A stretch of 64,000 nucleotides of DNA from Lingula anatina (lineage: Eukaryota; Animalia; Brachiopoda): NCBI GenBank assembly GCA_051362555.1, contig CM120644.1, positions 11,802,567-11,866,566 on the forward strand. The letters run 5' to 3'. A model generated the notes under the pieces. It saw only the letters and a list, made by a program, of their open reading frames with translations. It made no database searches and was not told the origin of the DNA. A program made the translations under genes and the position numbers. Position 1 is the stretch's first letter. Each line of letters begins with the position of its first letter. Positions 1 to 20,406 of the stretch are shown piece by piece.

Positions 1-98
1 GGTGAATAATACGCAATCATGATCATTTACTGACATATTTATTTCATGAGTATCTTTTACTAATAAAAAATTAAGATAAAATAAATTGTATATTTCAC

Positions 99-225
99 CT
101 CTCTCTCCTGCATCTCCCCATCTTTTGAAATATTCCACTGTCTCTTCTTCTATCATAGGGACATGTTGCTTGAAACGGGCAATGTTCAGACCAGTCTTAA
201 ACATCTTTTTCTGCTCTAGGAAAAT
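99..225 (-). CDS. CYP51: CYP51 coding exon 4
   Basis: tttccag|[42 protein letters not shown]+G|gtgaa; 127 nt. Confidence 0.93.
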
Positions 226-1571
226 CTGGAAATTCCACCATTAATTTGTCCATTTTTTCACAAATTAAATGTTGCACACTTATTTTAGTCAATCTGCATT
301 ACAGATGTTTCAGGCCTTTTTTTATGATATGAAATTTTTTTACTAACATTAAAAATAAGAGAAAACAATCATAATTTTTTCACACATTTACACAAATAGC
401 AAAGAAAATATAATGTCAGAGAATGTTTAAAAAAGCAAGTGTTTTAAAAGTGCCCTGATCACCCTGAACTTCCAACTCACATGATTGGGGACATCATATG
501 CCACTCCTCTTCCAAACACAGGTGTTGTCAACTTGCTGTAGACCTCCTCCGCATTCAAGTTTTCATTCTTGCTGTTAAACAGCAGTGCTGATGCCTCAGA
601 TCCTACCAGAAATGTAAATGTCTTCCCCACCATTGTGAAGCTGAAGACAGGGCCATGCTGGTAGAAAGAAATGAGTACTGTATGTATATAATAATAATAA
701 TAATAATAATAATAGTTTCTCAAATGGCACATTCAATTAAAACCTCCATATACCCTGTGGAAAAAAAAGCTAAAATGTACAAAAACACTTATCAAAAGTA
801 TCAAATTACAATCTAAGAGCTACTAATCATAGTATACTTACTACCATCTGTTCGTAATGTGTGTGAGTGGATGCTCCGTGCAAGTGCGGATGCATGCATA
901 CCAGTACCTGTACGTATGTGTGTGCATGTGTACTAGTATGTGTGCATGTGTGTAATGTATTTGCACATGCATGCCAAAAGTGTTCTCCATTATTCACAGT
1001 CACTGTTTATATTATTTTACTTGAACTTGTGAAGCTGTAGTAATAGTATGGTATTATACAAATTTGTGAGTACCTTTTCATAAGCCTCTGTTAGGAACTC
1101 GAGAGGGCGCTGGCCAAAACTGACAGCTTGACCAAGCCATGGGATGCTGGACGGTACTTCAGGTGGAAGATTTTCCTGAAAATAATGATTTTGAAAATAA
1201 GCATACACTTCTAAATCTTTGTAAAGTTTTTGGATAAATTACGTAACATATAAATTTTAATTAAGATGGAAATGCCTAGTATTAATTCTACATTCCGTAC
1301 TGTACATAAACTGCATATTTCAATATTGCACAGTAATTCAGAAAATGTCATGACATTTTAACTGATATTCAAACCGTGCCTATGATGAGGGGATGGGTGG
1401 ATGGGGGTTGGGGGGTACATGTATCACGCCGTTCCCACTCACCGGTTTCTTTTCCAACAAACTCTTGAACATGTAGGCAACGACCAAAATCACCACTGCT
1501 GTGACTAAGACCAACGTCGTAGGGCTAAAATCCTGGATTCGATCCATGGTCGTGTCTACAAAGGTGCTCAT
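99..1571 (-). CDS. CYP51: Sterol 14-alpha-demethylase (cytochrome P450 family 51), 5' part; coding exons 1571-1443, 1175-1074, 657-481, 225-99; gene continues beyond the left edge
   Basis: Spliced translation: N-terminal membrane anchor, then [111 protein letters not shown]. This contains the CYP51 SRS1 signature YxxLTTPVFGxGVxYD. All junctions are GT-AG and in frame. Confidence 0.96.
481..657 (-). CDS. CYP51: CYP51 coding exon 3
   Basis: ctaccag|HGPVFSF...[16 protein letters not shown]|gtgagt; 177 nt. Confidence 0.95.
689..714. repeat. (TAA)n microsatellite in a CYP51 intron
   Basis: Run of taa/aat units read directly. Confidence 0.9.
1074..1175 (-). CDS. CYP51: CYP51 coding exon 2
   Basis: ttcag|[34 protein letters not shown]|gtact. 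Confidence 0.93.
1443..1571 (-). CDS. CYP51: CYP51 coding exon 1 (43 codons, membrane anchor)
   Basis: ATG at 1571; hydrophobic [16 protein letters not shown]; donor CCG|GTGAGT. Confidence 0.88.
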
Positions 1572-2050
1572 GGTAGCCTCGTTAATTCTGTCTCAGTTTT
1601 TGAGCAAAAAAATCAGGTGACAGAAAACTGGGAGAAGTGACATTGAGGGGAATCCTCGTATCGCCTGATTCACCTGATGCCCTAGAGCACATTGCATGTC
1701 TGAGTATTCATCCGCAACTTTTTCATAAATAGATCTCAATCAAAAACAATTTCACTTCAAAAATGATATAGGCATGTAAATAAAAGACAAAACATCTTAA
1801 GCGATTTTCTTCTTATTTCTTTTGAAGTGTTTTAAGGCAAACAACATACGATTTTTATTGGGGAATCCCTTATGCGGAAGAATTTTCTTAAAATTAGGTC
1901 AAAGTAACCAGCCGCTCAAGAAAAATTCTGATTGGTTGAATTCACATGGTCCAATCTGTCGTCTAGCGGGGGTAAATCCTAACATTTCAAATAGGTCAAT
2001 ATCTCAGGTGATGTTATAAAGTTCACATTTATAGACATTTTTAAACTAAT
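1572..2050. promoter_or_regulatory. Putative bidirectional promoter shared by CYP51 and LSS
   Basis: Lies between divergent genes. TCACCTGA motifs at 1612-1621 (-), 1669-1678 (+) and 2003-2012 (-), plus variant ATCGCCTGAT at 1660-1669. CCAAT boxes on opposite strands at 1931-1935 (ATTGG) and 1951-1955. TATAAA at 2015-2020. Confidence 0.65.
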
Positions 2051-2109
2051 TCCTGTGCTGGGTTCGTGGTCTTGCTCACGTAGGTCTGGTACCTGCAGCA
2101 GAAACACAG
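2045..2109 (+). other. LSS: Probable non-coding first exon of LSS (5' end approximate)
   Basis: About 25-30 nt downstream of TATAAA; ends at donor ACAG|GTATGG (GT 2110-2111); matching acceptor cttttcag| at 2873 lies just upstream of the ATG. Confidence 0.5.
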
Positions 2110-2903
2110 GTATGGGAAAAGCAATTTACATAATCTGACGTGTACCGAGCTACTGTCCAGTAGAGCACAATGATACAAATTTTTAGATACCCTGTACACA
2201 ACATGTAATCGTAGTGCATTTGATTTGTGCGTGTAGCGTCGCTGCTGGTATCAGCGGTTTTAACCTGGGTTCTAGTTGCCTAAAAATGGGAAATTATTTG
2301 CTTATGCAACATTTGTTTGACCACCAGTCTTTTTAGCTGAAGCTAGATTATATAGGGGTACAGGTAATTCCATCACTTTACCAAATCCATGCACTGGGGT
2401 ATTTAATTGTTATATGTTCTTTAGAAACATTGACATGTGTAGGCATACTATTAGATTGTTAAACCATTACTTCAAATTAGAATTCCGTTGATTATTATAA
2501 CTTATTAATGTTTTAATTCATGGCATATATGGACTTAAATACTTGTACCTGTATAACAAAATATAATGATGTTAGTACTTGTACTCCCTGTCCCAGTAGT
2601 AGTGATCAACTATTTTAGAAGCTGTAAGTCCTTTAAAATAGAAAACTATTGATAGTTCATATTCTGTGCATCATTTTTATAATGCACTACACATTGCCAT
2701 GTACCAAACATATATACAAGACTGCTTATACATGTAATTCATATTGCTAACATTTAAGATTAGTATCATGTTTGATTTAAGTGTAGAATGATAATGATGT
2801 TAAGAACAATAATTATTCATTAATTTTATTATCAAATTTGTTTATGCATGTGGAGAAGTTAATTCCTTTTCAGGCTGAGATACTGCATGGTGGCTCAGAT
2901 GTG

Positions 2904-14140
<11,237 letters not shown>

Positions 14141-14348
14141 CAATGCTGGATGCAATAGGCTTTATGAGTTCTTTTCAAAATTTTTCAAATTTATTTATTT
14201 GCTGTTTTTTTATTTTTTACTGTGCCCTTCTCAGAATATAATGGTCCATATGGTCATGTCTCTGAACTTATTGGAAGATATTTCAAGTGAAGACACTTGG
14301 CAGTATTATTTTGGACTTTCAAGTGTACAGTATCTCTGAAGTGTAAAG

Positions 14349-14354
14349 AATAAA
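14349..14354 (+). terminator. Candidate LSS polyadenylation signal AATAAA (second candidate at 14424-14429)
   Basis: About 210 nt after the stop, followed by GT/T-rich sequence. Confidence 0.55.
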
Positions 14355-17300
14355 GTTAAATGACAGTCTGGTAAACTCAACACGTGGTTGTTTTAAATTG
14401 GATCTGACGTCATTATGAGACAAAATAAATGAATTGATATGCATGGCACTGCTTCAAAACACACATTTTTTGTTTTTATAGTAATGTAACCATGAACGAT
14501 ACCAAAGGTGCGAAAATATCTCCTGAAAGCTGATAAAATGTGGCAAATGCACAAAATGTCAGAGAAAAATGTATAATTTAAAAAAGTTACACCAAGGGGT
14601 ATGCGTCTGGGGTCATAATTAGGGTGAAAGGATACCTTCAAAATATTACTTTATCAGTTTTCCTTATTTTTGATGATAAAATCCACTGGACGTTTTAATT
14701 ATTGCACTGTCACAATGCCCATTCTTTTACCCGCATGGCCTTGATATTGCCTTTAAAACGAATGATCAGAGTATTACTGAATTTCTCAGGCCCGGTACGA
14801 CTGAAAAGATGGCGAACTTAACGCTGATAAAATTGAAAAAAAAAATTAATAAAATGACCAAAAATGGATGTCCCATCTTTGGAAGCTGAATCAATCCTTA
14901 AATACTGGGAATGGGAATTATGTTTCAAAAAACTGGAAGAGTGGTTGTGTCATTATTAAGGAAGAAATAGAGCAAAAACTCTCTCCACCCCCCCTCTCTC
15001 CAAATCCTGTTCTCAGGTGTGCTTTCTGGTAATCTTTAAAGCTGAAATTGGGGGCTTTAATGAAGTGATCTGGGCGCGTTTCCACATTTTTATGAATGAC
15101 AGGTGTGGTAAATTGATTTTCATCACTTGGAAAAATTGGTAACGGGTCATTTTTGGGTGATTTTGAGTGATTTTCGTAAGGTCCGGATATAGCAGTTTTC
15201 TTCAATTTTGGCCAGGTAGGGATGAAAAATTTTTTTCTTCAATATTGTGTCAGGTAGGTGTGTTTGGTCATTTGTAGTGAGGGTAAAGTACTGGAAGAGT
15301 GGTTGTGTCATTATTAAGTAAGAAATAGAGCAAAAACTCTCTCCACCCCCCCCCCCCTCTCCAAATCCTGTTCTCAGGTGTGCTTTCTGGCAATCTTTAA
15401 AGCTGAAATTGGGGGCTTTAATGAAGTGATCCGGGCGCGTTTCCACATTTTTTATGAATGACAGGTGTGGTAAATTGATTTTCCTCACTTTTTGGAAAAA
15501 TTGGTGATGGGTCATTTTTGAGTGATTTTGAGTGATTTTCGTAAGGTCCGGATATGGCAGTTTTCTTCAATTTTGGCCAGGTAGGGATGAAAAATTTTTT
15601 CTTCAATATTGTGTCAGGTAGGTGTGTTTGGTCATATGTAGTGAGGGTAAAGTACTGGAAGAGTGGTTATGTCATTATTAAGGAAGAAATAGAGCAAAAA
15701 CTCTCTCCATCCCCCCCCCCCTCTCCAAATCCTGTTCTCAGGTGTGCTTTCTAGCAATCTTTAAAGCTGAAATTGGGGGCTTTAATGAAGTGATCCGGGC
15801 GCGTTTCCACATTTTTTATGAATGACAGGTGTGGTAAATTGATTTTTCTCACTTTTTGGAAAAATTGGTGATGGGTCATTTTTGAGTGATTTTGAGTGAT
15901 TTTCGTAAGGTCCGGATATGGCAGTTTTCTTCAATTTTGGCCAGGTAGGGATGAAAAATTTTTTTCTTCAATATTGTGTCAGGTAGGTGTGTTTGGTCAT
16001 TTGTAGTGAGGGTAAAGTACTGGAAGAGTGGTTGTGTCATTATTAAGTAAGAAATAGAGCAAAAACTCTATCCACCCCCCACCCCCCTCTCCAAATCCTG
16101 TTCTCAGGTGTGCTTTCTGGCAATCTTTAAAGCTGAAATTGGGGGCTTTAATGAGGTGATCCGGGCACGTTTCCACATTTTTTATGAATGACAGGTGTGG
16201 TAAATTGATTTTCCTCACTTTTTGGAAAAATTGGTGATGGGTCATTTTTGGGTGATTTTGAGTGATTTTCGTAAGGTCCGGATATGGCTGTTTTCTTCAA
16301 TTTTGGCCAGGTAGGGATGAAAAATTTTTTTCTTCAATATTGTGTCAGGTAAGTGTGTTTGGTCATTTGTAGTGAGGGTAAAGTACTGGAAGAGGGATTA
16401 TGTCATTATTAAGGAAGAAATAGAGCAAAAACTCTCTCCACCCCCCACCCCCCCTCTCCAAATCCTGTTCTCAGGTGTGCTTTCTGGCAATCTTTAAAGC
16501 TGAAATTGGGGGCTTTAATGAAGTGATCCGGGCACGTTTCCACATTTTTTATGAATGACAGGCGTGGTAAATTGATTTTCCTCACTTTTTGGAAAAATTG
16601 GTGATGGGTCATTTTTGAGTGATTTTGAGTGATTTTCGTAAGGTCCAGATATAGCAGTTTTCTTCAATCTTGGCCAGGTAGGGATGAAAATTTTTTTCTT
16701 CAATATTGTGTCAGGTAGGTGTGTTTGGTCATTTGTAGTGAGGGTAAAGTACTGGAAGAGGGATTATGTCATTATTAAGGAAGAAATAGAGCAAAAACTC
16801 TCTCCACCCCACCCCCCCCTCTCCAAATCCTGTTCTCAGGTGTGCTTTCTGGCAATCTTTAAAGCTGAAATTGGGGGCTTTAATGAAGTGATCCGGGCGC
16901 GTTTCCACATTTTTTATGAATGACAGGTGTGGTAAATTGATTTTCCTCACTTTTTGGAAAAATTGGTGAGGGGTCATTTTTGAGTGATTTTGAGTGATTT
17001 TCGTAAGGTCCGGATATGGCAGTTTTCTTCAATTTTGGCCAGGTAGGGATGAAATTTTTTTTCTTCAATATTGTGTCAGGTAGGTGTGTTTGGTCATTTG
17101 TAATAAGGGTAAAGTACTGGAAGAGTGGTTGTGTCATTATTAAGTAAGAAATAGAGCAAAAACTCTCTCCACCCCCCCTCTCTCCAAATCCTGTTCTCAG
17201 GTGTGCTTTTTGACCAATTTTAAAGCTGAAATTGGGGGCTTTAATGAAGTGATCCGGGCGCGTTTCCACATTTTTATGAATGACAGGTGTGGTAAATTGA

Positions 17301-19981
17301 TTTTCGTCACTTTTTGGAAAAACTGGTGACGGGTCATTTTTGGGTGATTTTGAGTGATTTTCGTAAGGTCCGGATATGGCAGTTTTCTTCAATTTTGGCC
17401 AGGTAGGGATGAAAAATTTTTTTCTTCAATATTGTGTCAGGTAAGTGTGTTTGGTCATTTGTAGTGAGGGTAAAGTACTGGAAGAGTGGTTGTGTCATTA
17501 TTAAGGAAGAAATAGAGCAAAAACTCTCTCCAACCCCCCTCTCTCCAAATCCTGTTCTCAGGTGTGCTTTTTGACCAATTTTAAAGCTGAAATTGGGGGC
17601 TTTAATGAAGTGATCCGGGCGCGTTTCCACATTTTTTATGAATGACAGGTGTGGTAAATTGATTTTTCTCACTTTTTGGAAAAATTGGTGATGGGTCATT
17701 TTTGAGTGATTTTGAGTGATTTTGAGTGATTTTCGTATGGCAGTTTTCTTCAATTTTGGCCAGGTAGGGATAAAAAATTTTTTTCTTCAATATTGTGTCA
17801 GGTAGGTGTGTTTGGTCATTTGTAGTGAGGGTAAAGTACTGGAAGAGTGGTTGTGTCATTATTAAGTAAGAAATAGAGCAAAAACTCTATCCACCCCCCC
17901 CCTCTCCAAATCCTGTTCTCAGGTGTGCTTTCTGGCAATCTTTAAAGCTGAAATTGGGGGCTTTAATGAAGTGATCCGGGCAAGTTTCCATATTTTTTAT
18001 GAATGACAGGTGTGGTAAATTGATTTTCCTCACTTTTTGGAAAAATTGGTGATGGGTCATTTTTGAGTGATTTTGAGTGATTTTCGTAAGGTCCGAATAT
18101 AGCAGTTTTCTTCAATTTTGGCCAGGTAGGGATGAAAATTTTTTTCTTCAATATTGTGTCAGGTAGGTGTGTTTGGTCATTTGTAGTGAGGGTAAAGTAC
18201 TGGAAGAGGGATTATGTCATTATTAAGGAAGAAATAGAGCAAAAACTCTCTCCACCCCCCCCCCTCTCCAAATCCTGTTCTCAGGTGTGCTTTTTGACCA
18301 ATTTTAAAGCTGAAATTGGGGGCTTTAATGAAGTGATCCGGGCGCGTTTCCACATTTTTTATGAATGACAGGTGTGGTAAATTGATTTTTCTCACTTTTT
18401 GGAAAAATTGGTGATGGGTCATTTTTGAGTGATTTTGAGTGATTTTGAGTGATTTTCGTATGGCAGTTTTCTTCAATTTTGGCCAGGTAGGGATAAAAAA
18501 TTTTTTTCTTCAATATTGTGTCAGGTAGGTGTGTTTGGTCATTTGTAGTGAGGGTAAAGTACTGGAAGAGTGGTTGTGTCATTATTAAGTAAGAAATAGA
18601 GCAAAAACTCTATCCACCCCCCCCCTCTCCAAATCCTGTTCTCAGGTGTGCTTTCTGGCAATCTTTAAAGCTGAAATTGGGGGCTTTAATGAAGTGATCC
18701 GGGCAAGTTTCCATATTTTTTATGAATGACAGGTGTGGTAAATTGATTTTCCTCACTTTTTGGAAAAATTGGTGATGGGTCATTTTTGAGTGATTTTGAG
18801 TGATTTTCGTAAGGTCCGAATATAGCAGTTTTCTTCAATTTTGGCCAGGTAGGGATGAAAATTTTTTTCTTCAATATTGTGTCAGGTAGGTGTGTTTGGT
18901 CATTTGTAGTGAGGGTAAAGTACTGGAAGAGGGATTATGTCATTATTAAGGAAGAAATAGAGCAAAAACTCTCTCCACCCCCCCCCTCTCCAAATCCTGT
19001 TCTCAGGTGTGCTTTCTTGCAATCTTTAAAGCTGAAATTGGGGGCTTTAATGAAGTGATCCGGGCGCGTTTCCACATTTTTTATGAATGACAGGTGTGGT
19101 AAATTGATTTTCCTCACTTTTTGGAAAAATTGGTGATGGGTCATTTTTGGGTGATTTTGAGTGATTTTCGTAAGGTCCGGATATGGCTGTTTTCTTCAAT
19201 TTTGGCCAGGTAGGGATGAAAAATTTTTTTCTTCAATATTGTGTCAGGTAAGTGTGTTTGGTCATTTGTATTGAGGGTAAAGTACTGGAAGAGGGATTAT
19301 GTCATTATTAAGGAAGAAATAGAGCAAAAACTCTCTCCACCCCCCACCCCCCCTCTCCAAATCCTGTTCTCAGGTGTGCTTTCTGGCAATCTTTAAAGCT
19401 GAAATTGGGGGCTTTAATGAAGTGATCCGGGCGCGTTTCCACATTTTTTATGAATGACAGGCGTGGTAAATTGATTTTCCTCACTTTTTGAAAAAATTGG
19501 TGATGGGTCATTTTTGAGTGATTTTGAGTGATTTTCGTAAGGTCCAGATATAGCAGTTTTCTTCAATCTTGGCCAGGTAGGGATGAAAATTTTTTTCTTC
19601 AATATTGTGTCAGGTAGGTGTGTTTGGTCATTTGTAGTGAGGGTAAAGTACTGGAAGAGGGATTATGTCATTATTAAGGAAGAAATAGAGCAAAAACTCT
19701 CTCCACCCCACCCCCCCCTCTCCAAATCCTGTTCTCAGGTGTGCTTTCTGGCAATCTTTAAAGCTGAAATTGGGGGCTTTAATGAAGTGATCCGGGCGCG
19801 TTTCCACGTTTTTTATGAATGACAGGTGTGGTAAATTGATTTTCCTCACTTTTTGGAAAAATTGGTGAGGGGTCATTTTTGAGTGATTTTGAGTGATTTT
19901 CGTAAGGTCCGGATATGGCAGTTTTCTTCAATTTTGGCAAGGTAGAGATTAAATTTTTTTTCTTCAATATTGTGTCAGGTA

Positions 19982-20406
19982 CACACACTGGACAAAAGAA
20001 GTGTCACCCCCTACCTCAGAGTAATAAAAGTAGGCAGATGTTGGGTAATTATTATGCCTGGTCTACTTATAATGTGACTAATGAGTATAAAACCGCAGTA
20101 CCATGGGATTGTATTGTTGGTCTTGTACATGTACAGCAAATGTTATTCCTGTCTTCCTCCAATATGGCAAGATATAGGCAATTATCTAACGGTTATAGGT
20201 GCAAGTTATTAACCTGAAGAGGCGGAATATAAGCAATGTCAGCATATCGATACAATTGAATTGTTTAGTCAGAACCGTGCAAAGGGTCTGGTCTCGGTAT
20301 AGAAACACTGGATCAAAAGACAAATTGCCTCTGATGGGTCGTCCAAGAAAAACTACTGGCCGTGAAGACCGACGACTGATTTTGATGTCCAGGTTGTCAA
20401 AGTTCG
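19982..20406 (+). mobile_element. 5' fragment of a Tc1/mariner DNA transposon inserted in the satellite
   Basis: Starts right after a TA of the monomer (CAGGTA|CACACACTGGACAAAAG, TIR-like). TATAAAA at 20086, ATG at 20164. Frameshifted MARYRQLSNGYR/VQVINLKRRNIS...TVQRVWSRYRNTGS...GRPRKTTGREDRRLIL is the paired-like HTH plus GRPR motif of Tc1 transposases. No DDE domain and no right TIR. Confidence 0.9.
20164..20406 (+). pseudogene. Truncated, frameshifted Tc1-like transposase N-terminus
   Basis: Frameshift near 20198; GRPRKTT-REDR motif; ends at the satellite poly-C tract. Confidence 0.85.

Noticed and set aside
855-975. TG/ATGC-rich stretch in a CYP51 intron as a structured element
   Set aside because: Consistent with a decayed (TG)n/(CATG) low-complexity microsatellite.
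1380-1442. Pro-rich extension of CYP51 exon 1 ([20 protein letters not shown])
   Set aside because: Lies after a consensus CCG|GTGAGT donor and ends in a stop; it is intron read-through.
14820-14870. Short matches (e.g. AAATGACCAAA) between the spacer and the reverse complement of the monomer, suggesting a degenerate inverted monomer
   Set aside because: Matches are 11 bp or shorter, low-complexity and not clearly collinear.
14810-14889. ATG GCG in a YY1-like context as the start of a downstream gene
   Set aside because: Frame closes after about 26 codons, runs through a poly-A tract and has no convincing splice donor.
15371-15470. CAGGTG words in the monomer (TCTCAGGTGT, GACAGGTGT) as a sink for the factor binding the promoter TCAGGTGA motifs
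   Set aside because: They lack the terminal A (TCAC half-site) shared by the promoter copies, and a 6-mer match is expected by chance.
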